A DNA stretch of 64,000 bases from an uncultured Candidatus Rokubacteria bacterium (GCA_963754315.1 CAVWFS010000001.1:128001-192000), one strand, 5' to 3'; shown: positions 1 to 9,460, counted from the first letter of the stretch. Made by a program: numbers and translations. The notes: generated from the sequence alone by a model not told the origin.

Positions 1-298
1 CAGCAGCGCGCGATCGGCCACCGTGGCCCGGCGCCGCAGCCAGCCCTGAGGGGGTCGGCGGCCAGGCAGAAGACTCCGAGGCCCGGCCACCGCCACCGCC
101 ATAGCTACCGTCAGCACGCTCCTGCGTGCTTTCCGTTTCGATCGATCCGTGAGGCCAACGTGGGACGAGGGACAGGCGACGACGGCGGTCACGCGAACGT
201 CGTGGTGCCTTCGTTCTCGTGTAACGGCCGCCGTGTAGGGTCAGGACCGCGAGCGACTCCCGTCCTCGCGTGCTGCTCACTCGACACGGAGGTGGACA

Positions 299-1104
299 AT
301 GGATCGACGCACATTTCTTCGTGGCTCGGCTATCGTGGGTGGTGTCGCCGGCCTGATGGGGCCACTCAAGGCACTGGGGGTACGGACGGCGGGCGGCGCG
401 CCGCGTGCGCTCGCCGCCGGCTACGGTAACCTCGTGGACAAGGGCGACCTCTTCCTTCCGCCCGACTTCAACTACGTCATCATCTCGCAGCAGGGCGACA
501 TCATGTCGGACGGCAACCCCACACCGGGGATCTTCGACGGCATGGGCGCGTTCCCGGGTTCGGGGTGCACGGTCCTGATCCGAAACCATGAGAACCGCCG
601 GCGGGCGGGAGAGATCCCGGTCGTCGTCCCCGGCGGGCTTCGGTATGACGACGACGCGACGTACGTGGCCGGCAACACGAAGCTCCGTATCCGCGATAAC
701 GCCAAGAGCGGCGTCTACACGGTGCTGGAGAGCTTCGCCATCCTCGGCGGCACGGACACGAACTGCGCGGGCGGCGAAACCCCCTGGCTGACGTGGATCA
801 CCTGCGAGGAGGTCGTCAACCGAGGGAGCACCGGCAAGAAGCACGGGTATGCATACGAGATCGACTCGCGAGCGCTGGGACCTGTGGCCGCGCTCCCGAT
901 CCTCAGCGCCGGCCGTTTCGCCCACGAAGCGGTGCGGGTGAGATCTACGACTTCGCGAAGAACATCACGAACGACTCGGAATTCTGCGGAGGCTGCTTCG
1001 ACCCCGACGGAGAAACGCTCTACGTCAGCCAGCAGGGAGGACGACCCTCACCGCCGGCAGTGACCTACGCGATCTTTGGCCCCTTTCACAAGCTTATCCC
1101 TTGA
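299..1104 (+). pseudogene. PhoX-like (DUF839) Tat-exported phosphatase, internally deleted and frameshifted
   Basis: Tat signal MDRRTFLRGS and RBS GGAGGT. DUF839-like motifs DGMGAF, RNHE, NCAGG.TPW..W.TCEE and GRFAHEAV. At ~935 the sequence jumps into the C-terminal motif (EIYDFAKN..SEFCGGCFDPDGETLYV.QQ) in another frame, so the middle of the protein is missing. Confidence 0.7.
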
Positions 1105-1139
1105 ACTACAGCCGCCGAGGCCGGAGAGGTCGCGGAAGC

Positions 1140-1965
1140 TTACGCGCGCCGGCGAGCCTCCACGCGCCGCAGGAAGTCGAGCACAGAACGATTCCACGCC
1201 TCAGGTTGGTCGCGATTCGCGAAGTGGCTGGCCGATGACAGAACGATCAGCCGCGAGCCCTTGATCTTTCGGTGCATGATCTTCATGGGGCCGAGTGAGG
1301 GATCACGGTCGCCTCCCACCAGGAGAACGGGGACGCGAATCCTCGGCAGCTCGTGGGTTATGTGGTCCATCGCCAGCAGCGCGCGCAGCGAGTTGGCATA
1401 GCCGATGGGAGTCAGCCGCCGGTAGTACGCGTAGAACTCTTCTCGGGTGCCTGGATCCAACTCCAACCGGGCGGCCACGTTGGGATTGGCCGTCATGGCG
1501 AACTCGGCCATGGCATCCATGCCTTTCGTCAGGGTGACCTCGATGCTGCGCGCTCGCATGAGGAGTGCGTCCACGGGTAGGGGTAACCCCGCGGCCGAGG
1601 AGGAGTTGGTGACGATCAGCGAGCGGACTCGACCCGGGAAGGCGAGGGTGAAGCGGGTGGCGATGCCGCCGCCCAGCGAGAGACCTCCGACGTGCGCCTT
1701 GCGCAGGCGCCAGATGATCCAGCAGCGCCTTCAAGTCGAGGACCCAGCGGGCGAAGGAGTACTTGGCCGGATCCTCCGGGCTGTCGGAGCGAGCGTGACC
1801 GCGCGGCTCCCAGAGGATCAGCCGGTGGCGCGATGCCAACGCCGCAACATTCACATCCCATAGATCTGCGTTGCCACCGATACCGTAGGCGAGCACGAGG
1901 GGAAAGCCCTTGCCGTGCTCTTCGTAATAGATCCGTACCCGGTCGTCAGTCCTGAAGAACGCCAT
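1140..1965 (-). CDS. Alpha/beta fold hydrolase (single-base frameshift at ~1711)
   Basis: N-terminus MAFFRTDDRVRIYYEEHGKG..PRGHARSD lies in ORF 1303..2118. Removing one G at ~1711 gives DHLRLRKAHVGGLSLGGG (GxSxG) and continues into ORF 1140..1574 with GDRD and SHFAN. Confidence 0.8.
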
Positions 1966-2035
1966 ACTCGAGCCTCCCGTCGGGGGGTGGCGCCATTGTG
2001 CCATCGGTTGACAGCTCCCCTCGGACCTCCGTAGG

Positions 2036-4480
2036 GTGGGCGACGTGACCACGCGAGCCTGGATTGGACGGTCGATGAAGCGGGTGGAGGATCCACATCT
2101 GCTGACGGGCCGCGGCAACTATCTCGATGACCACGCATTCCCGGGCGCCCAGCACGCCGCCATCGTTCGCTCCCCCCACGCCCACGCCCGGATCCTCAGT
2201 TACGACGTCACGGAGGCCCTGGCCATGTCAGGTGTGGTGGGAGTCGTGACCGGGGAGGACGTGGCGGCCCGCACAAAGCCTTTCGGGGTGGGGGTGACCA
2301 CGCCTGTTCGCTACTTCTGCGCAGCGACCGACAAGGTGCGCTTCGTGGGCGAGCCGGTCGCGGTGGTCGTGGCACGCGATCGCTACACCGCCGAGGACGC
2401 CGCCGAGCGGGTGAAGGTCCGATACGAGATGCTGCCCGCTGTCGTCGATCCGGAGCGGGCGCTCGACCAGGATGCCCCGGTACTCCACGAGGCGGTGGGC
2501 ACGAACCTGGCGGCACACCGCCGACTCGTCTATGGCGATCCCGACCAGGCCTTCCGTGAGGCGGAGGTTGTGATCCGCGAGCGCTTCAGGTTTCCCAAGT
2601 ATGGTTCCACTCCGATCGAAACATACGCGATCGTGGCGCGCTGGAACCCTTTCGATGGCGTCCTCACCGTCTGGTCGAACTTCATGGGCCCGTTCATCAT
2701 GCACGCCCTCGTGGCCCGAGTTCTACAACTCGCCGAGAACCGGTTGCGCTTCATCGTGCCGCCCGACATCGGGGGAAGCTACGGAATCAAGACGAGCATC
2801 TATCCCTACCTTGCCCTTATCGGCCTCACGGCCATGAAGACCGGGGCGACCGTGAAATGGATCGAGGATCGTCGCGAGCATTTGCTGGCCTCCTCGAGCG
2901 GGACGGACCGCGTGGCCTACCGCGAGGTGGCCGCGCGACGGGACGGAACCGTACTGGCCATGCGTTACCGCTGGTACGACAACGTCGGGGGCTACGTGCG
3001 CAGCCCGGAGCCGGGGTGCTCCTTCCGACCCCTCGGAAACTACGTGGGGCCATACCGGTTCCAGCATCTGGAGGTCGATGCTTCGGTCGTGATGACCAAC
3101 AAGAGCCTCACGGGTCCGAACCGCGGTTACGCCTGCGGGCACCTCTACTTCGAAACCGAGCGCATGATGGATCTGCTCGCCGAGCAGCTTGGCCTCGACC
3201 CAGTGGAGGTCCGGCGAAGGAATCTCATTCCCTCCGGGAGGTTTCCCTACCGCACCCCGACCGGCGGGCTCTACGACAGCGGCGATTTCGAGGCCACCCT
3301 GGACCGCGCGCTCGAGGTCGCCCACTACGACGAGTTGAAGGCCATGCGCGCGCGGGCTCGGGCGGAGGGCCGCTATGTCGGGATCGGCGTCGCGCTGGCT
3401 GTGGATCCCTCCGTCTCCAACATGGGCTATGTGGCCACCGCGTTGGACCCCCAGTTTCGCGCCAAGCCGGAGTACCTGCCGAAGTCGGGCGCCGTGGAAG
3501 CCTGTGCCGTCAAGATCGACCCGCTGGGGCGACTCATCGCAGTGCTGGGCACGACCCCCCAGGGCCAGGGGCACCAGACGGTCGTCGTGCAGATCCTGGC
3601 TGACGAATTGGGGATCGAGCCCGCGGATATCACGGTCGTCGACGAGATGGACACCTTCACGCGCGTCTGGAGCATCTCGTCGGGAACATACTCCAGCCGT
3701 TTTGGCTCGGTAGGCACCAGCGCGGTAGCCCTCGCCGCGCGCAAGCTCAGGGCCAAGCTGGTTACCTACGCTGCTCACCTCATGGATGTTCCCGCCGAGC
3801 AGCTCGAGATGCGGGACGGAGCCGTTCGCCTCAAGACGGGCAAGGGCCCCTTCTACACCATCAAGGATCTGGCTGGCCGTGCCCATTGGAACACGGAGTC
3901 TCTCCCCGACGGCATGGAGCCGGGCCTGGCCGCTACCGCCCTCTTTGGCTTCACGGGAGCCAGGGCCGTCGACGATGCCGATCGGGTGAACTCGTCCAAC
4001 ACCTACGGCTTCATCGCCGAAGTCATGGCGGTGGAAGTGGATCCAGAGACGGCCGAGGTCACGATCCTCAGATACGTGACCGTTCACGATGCAGGGACGA
4101 TCATCAATCCGATGATCGCTGAGGGGCAGATCTATGGGGGGGCCCTGCACGGTCTGGGCGGGGCACTCTATGAAGAGCTGGCCTACGACGAGAACGGTCA
4201 GTGTCTTACGGCCAGCTTCATGGACTACGTCGTTCCCTCCGCCGGAGAGGCGCCGAAGATTGAGATCGCGCACGTGGTTTCGCCCTCTCCCCTGACCCCC
4301 CTCGGATCGAAAGGACTGGGCGAGTCCAGCTCCATGACCGTGCCCGCCGTCATCGCCAACGCCGTGAGTGACGCGCTGAAGCCACTCGGGGTCAGCATCA
4401 CCGAGCTTCCCATGACGCCAGCTCGGCTATGGGCACAGATCCGTGCGGCACGCCCCCTCATCCAGCCGACCCCGCCCTGA
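2036..4480 (+). CDS. Xanthine dehydrogenase family molybdopterin-binding subunit
   Basis: IGRSMKRVEDPHLLTG, RSPHAHARI, DIGGSYGIK, QGQGHQT, EGQIYGG and KGLGESS motifs; 814 aa. Confidence 0.9.
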   Translation: MGDVTTRAWIGRSMKRVEDPHLLTGRGNYLDDHAFPGAQHAAIVRSPHAHARILSYDVTEALAMSGVVGVVTGEDVAARTKPFGVGVTTPVRYFCAATDKVRFVGEPVAVVVARDRYTAEDAAERVKVRYEMLPAVVDPERALDQDAPVLHEAVGTNLAAHRRLVYGDPDQAFREAEVVIRERFRFPKYGSTPIETYAIVARWNPFDGVLTVWSNFMGPFIMHALVARVLQLAENRLRFIVPPDIGGSYGIKTSIYPYLALIGLTAMKTGATVKWIEDRREHLLASSSGTDRVAYREVAARRDGTVLAMRYRWYDNVGGYVRSPEPGCSFRPLGNYVGPYRFQHLEVDASVVMTNKSLTGPNRGYACGHLYFETERMMDLLAEQLGLDPVEVRRRNLIPSGRFPYRTPTGGLYDSGDFEATLDRALEVAHYDELKAMRARARAEGRYVGIGVALAVDPSVSNMGYVATALDPQFRAKPEYLPKSGAVEACAVKIDPLGRLIAVLGTTPQGQGHQTVVVQILADELGIEPADITVVDEMDTFTRVWSISSGTYSSRFGSVGTSAVALAARKLRAKLVTYAAHLMDVPAEQLEMRDGAVRLKTGKGPFYTIKDLAGRAHWNTESLPDGMEPGLAATALFGFTGARAVDDADRVNSSNTYGFIAEVMAVEVDPETAEVTILRYVTVHDAGTIINPMIAEGQIYGGALHGLGGALYEELAYDENGQCLTASFMDYVVPSAGEAPKIEIAHVVSPSPLTPLGSKGLGESSSMTVPAVIANAVSDALKPLGVSITELPMTPARLWAQIRAARPLIQPTPP

Positions 4481-4583
4481 TTCCGACGCGGCTCGCACGG
4501 GACCCCTGGAAGGACGGGACCCCGCTGGTAGTATGCGATGAGAGCGGGACGTGGCACGCGGTCGAAAGGGAGAGGTCACGGTG

Positions 4584-5045
4584 ATGGGAGCGACGAGGCG
4601 ACGAGTGCTGGTGGGGGGACTGTTCTTGGTCACGGCCGCGGTCGGCTGGCGTTCCGGCGCGGCTTTCTCGAAGCCCACTATCACCGTCCACAAGTCCCCG
4701 ACCTGAGACTGTTGCACCGCGTGGGTCGGGCACCTACGCAAGCACGGTTACCCCGTGACGTCGGAAGACGTGACAGATCTGGGGACCATCAAGCAGAAGC
4801 TTGGCGTGCCGTCCGCTCTGCAGTCCTGCCACACCGCGCAAGTCGACGGCTATGTGATTGAAGGACACGTTCCGGCAGACATCATTGACCGGCTGCTGCG
4901 TGAGCGACCGGCCGTGGCGGGGCTCGCGGTTCCCGGCATGCCGGTGGGCTCCCCGGGGATGGAGTCACCGGGACGCGCGGGGGAGCGCTACCAGATCCGG
5001 ACGTTCGACAAGTCGGGACGCACTACCGTGTACGACACGCGCTGA
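4584..5045 (+). CDS. DUF411/CopG-like exported metal-binding protein, candidate selenoprotein (TGA=Sec at 4704-4706, motif U-D-C-C)
   Basis: ATG at 4584 after AGGGAGAGG gives signal-like MGATRRRVLVGGLFLVTAAVG..ITVHKSPT*DCCTAWVGHLRKHGY. This is in frame with ORF 4755..5045 (SCHTA..GYVIEGHVP..GLAVPGMPVGSPGME). The family pattern is KSPTCGCC..W..HL. 153 aa with readthrough. Confidence 0.85.
4707..4749 (+). promoter_or_regulatory. Candidate bacterial SECIS element of the DUF411 gene
   Basis: Stem GCGUGGGU (4719-4726) pairs with ACCUACGC (4732-4739), 8 bp with one G-U. The loop is CGGGC and starts 20 nt after the UGA. A lower stem CUG.UGC/GCACGG is possible. Confidence 0.65.
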
Positions 5046-5080
5046 GCTTCGGCTAAGGCGTCCTCCGACGGCGGGCTCTC

Positions 5081-5962
5081 TCAGCGCTGGGACGACGTAG
5101 CCTCGGCCCCCGTGAAGCCTGACAGGCGGGCTAGTTCCTCAAGCGTCAGCACACCTTCGCGGCGCTGGGTACCTATGACCCAGGTGGGATAGGAGCGAAC
5201 GGCGAGGCTGGCGCAGAGGGCCGGGCGCGCCCCGATCGCCTTGGGGTCACACTCCACATACGGTATCTGGTCGGCGGCAGGCCCGAACCGGGCCTTTTGC
5301 TCCTTGCAGGCTGGTCACCAGTGGGCTCCGTACATCACTGCGTTGATTTGCGTCAAATGTCGGGCGAGGGCCACCTGATAGCCTGTCATTCCGCCTGGAT
5401 AGGAGGCAAAGATCCCGGCTGCCACGACGAGAGTCACCACGGCCGCGGCGCCGCCCAGGATTGCCACGCGCGACCAGCGAAGCGACGCCCGCCGCCCAGC
5501 GGCAGGCGGACGACGCCAGAGAATCACGCCAAGGAGCAGCAGGGCCACCAGCGCTGAGGCAAGGCAGTAGACGCAGGCGGCTCTGATGACGACGAGCGAG
5601 ACAAAAGTCAGATACAGCGAGAAGGTCGCCCCGGCCACCCCGAGCACGAAGGCCCACCGCCAGCGGCGGGGCGAGAACCCGAGAGCGCCGAGCCCACCCA
5701 CGGCCACGTAGAAGGCCGTGCCCCATAGGGCCGTAGGAATGCCGAGAATGGTGGCGTACCGGCTTGCCTGGACGATGTCGCATCCACCGCCCGCCTGACA
5801 CATCAGGGCGGAGCCGCCGGCCAGCTTGACGACGCCGAGGTAGGCGCTGACCGCCACGCCGATCGCCGCTAGGGCGACCGCAAGCCACTCGACCCTCACC
5901 CCGGCAAGGGAGGGGACAGTGGCTCGTGACGGCGCTGTCTTGCTCGATGGCGGTTTAGCCAT
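5081..5962 (-). CDS. VKOR family disulfide-formation protein fused to a C-terminal thioredoxin-like domain, candidate selenoprotein (TGA=Sec at 5317-5315, motif U-P-A-C)
   Basis: VKOR domain has loop cysteines (CQAGGGC) and CVYC. Past the TGA the frame stays open: MYGAHW*PACKEQKARFG..IPYVECDP..LC..VRSYPTWVI..EGVLTLEELARLSGF, ending at TGA 5083-5081. This matches the YGAYWCPHC..YVEC..YPTW pattern of cyanobacterial VKOR-Trx fusions. 293 aa with readthrough. Confidence 0.88.
5277..5314 (-). promoter_or_regulatory. Candidate bacterial SECIS element of the VKOR-Trx gene
   Basis: Perfect 7-bp stem AGGCCCG-GUU-CGGGCCU (5295-5279). The G-initiated loop starts 26 nt after the UGA. Confidence 0.65.
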
Positions 5963-6101
5963 TATTCGCTTCACGAAGAGTACCTAGGTTGCCACCTGGC
6001 TTCAATCCGGGCGCCCGGGGCCGGGTCAGGGTATGATGGGGGAAGCAGAATCCGCCCCGCCGACGACACACTATGCGCTATGATCCCCCCGGCTGTTCCT
6101 A

Positions 6102-7736
6102 ATGTCGTCACGCATCGAACCGGCGGCCAGCCGCGCGGAGGGTACCCTGAAGATCTACCTAATTGCGCCCCGGAACCCGGAATCGTTCTGGACGTTCGAT
6201 CGCGTGCTGCCGAGTCTCAACAAGCAGTGCATCTATCCGAACCTGTCGTTGCCGACGGTGGCAGGGCTGACTCCGCGCGAGCACGAGATGGTGCTCTGCG
6301 ACGAGAACGTGGAGCCGGTCGATTTCGACACCGACGCCGACATCGTCGGCGTGACCGGCTATGTGATCCACAAGAAACGGATGTTCGAGATCATCGACGA
6401 GTTCCGACGTCGCGGCAAATTCGTGGTGGTGGGGGGGCCATTTGCCTCCCTGTGCCCGGAAGAGCTGCGGGGCAAGGTCGACGTCCTCTTCATCGACGAG
6501 GCCGAGTACACCTGGCCTCAGTTCCTGCGCGACTACCAGGCGGGCACCTGGCAGGCGGAGTACCGTCAGGACGAGAAGCCGAGCATGCTCGACTCGCCGT
6601 TGCCCCGCTTCGATCTGCTGAAGATCGACCGCTACCGCACCATGACCATCCAGTTCGCGCGGGGGTGTCCCTTCAACTGCGAATTCTGCGACATCATCGT
6701 GATGTACGGTCGGCGCCCGCGCACGAAGTCGGTGCCCCAGGTCATGGCCGAGGTCGACGAGATCTACCGCCTGGGCCTCAAGCAGATCTTCGTGGTCGAC
6801 GACAACTTCATCGGAAACAAGCGCGAGGCCAAGGAGCTGCTCAAAGCCATCACCGAATGGCAGCGCGCCAAGGGTTATCCGGTGGAGTTCATGACCGAGG
6901 TCAGCCTGAACGTCGCCCAGGACGACGAGTTGCTCCACCTCATGAAACAGGCGCACTTCGGCACCATCTTCGTGGGCATCGAGTCTCCCCGTAAGGCAAG
7001 CCTGGAGGAAACGAAGAAGCACCAGAACGTGCGGGAGGACATTCTGACCTCCGTGCATCGCATCCAGAAGGCCGGGATCCAGGTGATGGCCGGGATGATC
7101 GTGGGCTTCGACAACGATGATCCCTCGATCTTCGAGGAGCAGTTCCAATTTATCCAGGCCGCCCGGATACCCATCTCGATGACGGGCATGCTCAACGCGA
7201 TGCCCAAGACCCCGCTCTACACGCGCCTGCAGGCGGCGGGACGGCTCATCGCGGAGTCGGTGGGGGACCAGTTCATCTTCACCAACATCGTGCCCAAGAG
7301 CATGTCGCGCCTCGAGCTCTACGAGGGCTACCGGACTCTGCTCAACCGTCTGTACAGCTACTCCAACTACCGAAAGCGGGTGATGGGACTCCTCCTGAAC
7401 AAGGGGGGTCTCCTCCGGTCCACGGTGCTGGCCGGGCGCGAGGAGTTCACGATCTTCCTGCGCATCCTGTGGACCTGCATGCTCCGTGCTTCCCCCCAGC
7501 GCGCCTGGCTCACCCTGTCGCTCATCGTGGAGACGGCGCTGCGACGGCCAAACGCGCTACGCGATGCCGTGACCTTTGCCCTCATGCACAAGCACCTCTA
7601 CGAGTACATGCGCGACACCTCGGTCCAGCTGGAGGTCCTCATCCGCGAACTGAAGGAGTTCCCTGCTTCCACCACTCTGATGCCGGCCCCGCAGGAGGGT
7701 ACCGTCTTCGTTGGGCTCCCGCGCCCGCAGCGCTGA
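6102..7736 (+). CDS. B12-binding domain radical SAM protein (DUF4070-type C-terminus)
   Basis: CPFNCEFC motif, N-terminal cobalamin-binding-like region (VVVGGPFAS), VDDNFIG, FVGIES and MIVGFDND. Confidence 0.88.
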   Translation: MSSRIEPAASRAEGTLKIYLIAPRNPESFWTFDRVLPSLNKQCIYPNLSLPTVAGLTPREHEMVLCDENVEPVDFDTDADIVGVTGYVIHKKRMFEIIDEFRRRGKFVVVGGPFASLCPEELRGKVDVLFIDEAEYTWPQFLRDYQAGTWQAEYRQDEKPSMLDSPLPRFDLLKIDRYRTMTIQFARGCPFNCEFCDIIVMYGRRPRTKSVPQVMAEVDEIYRLGLKQIFVVDDNFIGNKREAKELLKAITEWQRAKGYPVEFMTEVSLNVAQDDELLHLMKQAHFGTIFVGIESPRKASLEETKKHQNVREDILTSVHRIQKAGIQVMAGMIVGFDNDDPSIFEEQFQFIQAARIPISMTGMLNAMPKTPLYTRLQAAGRLIAESVGDQFIFTNIVPKSMSRLELYEGYRTLLNRLYSYSNYRKRVMGLLLNKGGLLRSTVLAGREEFTIFLRILWTCMLRASPQRAWLTLSLIVETALRRPNALRDAVTFALMHKHLYEYMRDTSVQLEVLIRELKEFPASTTLMPAPQEGTVFVGLPRPQR

Positions 7737-7770
7737 GTGGCATGGACTGGCCGCCCGCGAGTCGCTAGGC

Positions 7771-8148
7771 ATGAGCGAGACGGGCTCGGCGCTCGGTGAG
7801 GAGTTTCGCCGTCTGCTACACGACGCACAGACCCAGCTGACACGGACGGTCGCCGTTACCGGCGAGGAACTCGCCTCGCTGGAAGACGAGCCCGGAGATC
7901 CGTTGGGGGGTGTGCCCGTGCAGGATGTCGCCAACACCCTCTCCCGGCTCGAGGGCCGGGAGCGTCACCAACTCGACGAGATCGGCGCGGCGCTCGGGCG
8001 CCTGGAAACGGGCACGTTCGGCGTCTGCGAGAAATGCTCGTGCGCAATCCCGCTCGCCCGCCTGCGCGCAAAGCCGACCGCGCGCTTCTGTGTACCGTGT
8101 CAGGTGAGCGAAGAGGCAGGAGGTCCCCCATGGCGAAGCGCCCCGTGA
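7771..8148 (+). CDS. TraR/DksA family C4 zinc-finger protein
   Basis: GTFGVCEKCSCAIPLARLRAKPTARFCVPCQ following a coiled-coil-like region. Confidence 0.85.
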   Translation: MSETGSALGEEFRRLLHDAQTQLTRTVAVTGEELASLEDEPGDPLGGVPVQDVANTLSRLEGRERHQLDEIGAALGRLETGTFGVCEKCSCAIPLARLRAKPTARFCVPCQVSEEAGGPPWRSAP

Positions 8149-8351
8149 AACCTGCCCGACGAGTGCCGGACAAGGCCACGCGGTCACCCAAGGCGGGCTC
8201 TCCGCCGCGCACGAGTACCAGCTCCCCACAGGCTCGCCGGCGTCAAAAGAGCGCCCACTCCAATCTGTCCAAGGGAACGACCGTTGCCCAGACAGACCAC
8301 GGGCCCCGGGCTGCGTGGCCGGCGAGCGTCTCCAAGCGCAAGAAGCGCTAG
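8130..8351 (+). CDS. Small basic hypothetical protein (73 aa)
   Basis: GGAGGT RBS before ATG 8130. K/R/S/P-rich sequence MAKRPVKPARR..SKRKKR fills the gap to the convergent gene. Confidence 0.45.
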   Translation: MAKRPVKPARRVPDKATRSPKAGSPPRTSTSSPQARRRQKSAHSNLSKGTTVAQTDHGPRAAWPASVSKRKKR

Positions 8352-8371
8352 CTCGCCCAGCAGCTGTCCGT

Positions 8372-9460
8372 TCAGGTCACCTGCACGCGACCGAGCGCTG
8401 GCCAGTCCAGCTCCACGCCATGGCCCACCCGCTCAGGAGCCACTGCGAATCCGTCCTTGAGTTGGAGCGGGTGTGCCAGGTACGAATCGAGTCCGAAGCC
8501 ATGCGCCTCGAGGTAGGAGCGATTGGGCACTCCTGCCAACAAGTGCACAGTCAGGTCGTGGGCGCCGTGAGATGTCACGGGAAGGTTGAAGGCCTCGGCC
8601 AGGTGGGCGACCTTCATGAACACCGTGACGCCTCCGCAGTTGGTGACGTCCGGTTCAGGAAAGGTCACACCACCCGCCGCGATCATGTGGGTGAACTCGT
8701 GAAGCGTGTGCAGGTTCTCGCCAGTCGCCACGGGCAGACCCCCCTCCCGGACGATCCGAGCGTGGCCGGCAATGTCGTCGGGTATCGTCGGTTCCTCCAG
8801 CCAGTAGACGTCGAACTCGGCCAGGGCTCGGGCAGCGCGAATCGCCTCGTCGACGCTCCAGCGCATGTTGGCGTCGACCATGAGCGGGATGTTCTCGCCG
8901 AGATGACGCCGCATGGCGCGCACCCGCTCGACGTCCTCCGCCCGCCGCGGTCGGCCGACCTTCATCTTGATGGCCTGGAAGCCCCGCCCCAGATTCTCGT
9001 CCGTCTGCCGCAGAAGACGGTCGAGGGGAAAGTCGAGATCGATCCCGCCCGCGTAGCACGGTACCCGCGGATCATGGCCACCAAGGAGTCGCCAGAGGGG
9101 TACGCCTTGTCGCCGCGCCTTGAGGTCCCACAGGGCAATGTCCACGGCCGACACGGCGAAGCTCACGAATCCACCTCGACCTCCGTAGTGAAGACGCCAC
9201 CACATGCGTTGCCAGAGGGCCTCGATCCGGTCTCCCTCGGCGCCAAGCACGACGGGCTTGAGGTCGCGCTCGATCAGGCTCTGGATGGCCCCACCCCCCA
9301 CGCCGACCGTGTAGGTATAGCCCAGTCCTTCGGCCCCATCGCGGTCCGCGAGACGGACGGTGATCAGCTCGAAGTGGGTCATGGTGCCGTGCGTGCTGTC
9401 GGAGAGGGCGGTGGGGAGGGGAATGCGGTAGTGTCCGGCGATGAGCGAGTCGATGATCAT
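8372..9460 (-). CDS. Mandelate racemase/muconate lactonizing enzyme family protein
   Basis: SAVDIALWDLKAR, KMKVG, MVDAN, WLEEP and TGEN enolase-superfamily motifs. Confidence 0.9.
   Translation of the reverse strand: MIIDSLIAGHYRIPLPTALSDSTHGTMTHFELITVRLADRDGAEGLGYTYTVGVGGGAIQSLIERDLKPVVLGAEGDRIEALWQRMWWRLHYGGRGGFVSFAVSAVDIALWDLKARRQGVPLWRLLGGHDPRVPCYAGGIDLDFPLDRLLRQTDENLGRGFQAIKMKVGRPRRAEDVERVRAMRRHLGENIPLMVDANMRWSVDEAIRAARALAEFDVYWLEEPTIPDDIAGHARIVREGGLPVATGENLHTLHEFTHMIAAGGVTFPEPDVTNCGGVTVFMKVAHLAEAFNLPVTSHGAHDLTVHLLAGVPNRSYLEAHGFGLDSYLAHPLQLKDGFAVAPERVGHGVELDWPALGRVQVT

Noticed and set aside
1..160. Possible 5' end of a minus-strand membrane or exported protein gene
   Set aside because: The fragment is too short, has an unclear start and frame, and cannot be supported.
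4552..4567. Sigma-54 promoter upstream of the DUF411 gene (TGGCACG)
   Set aside because: There is no TTGC at the -12 position.
4704..5317. Reading the two TGA codons as nonsense mutations or as genome-wide UGA reassignment
   Set aside because: Many genes here end normally at TGA, so there is no global recoding. Both sites align to catalytic Cys positions and have downstream hairpins, which favours Sec, though it is not proven.
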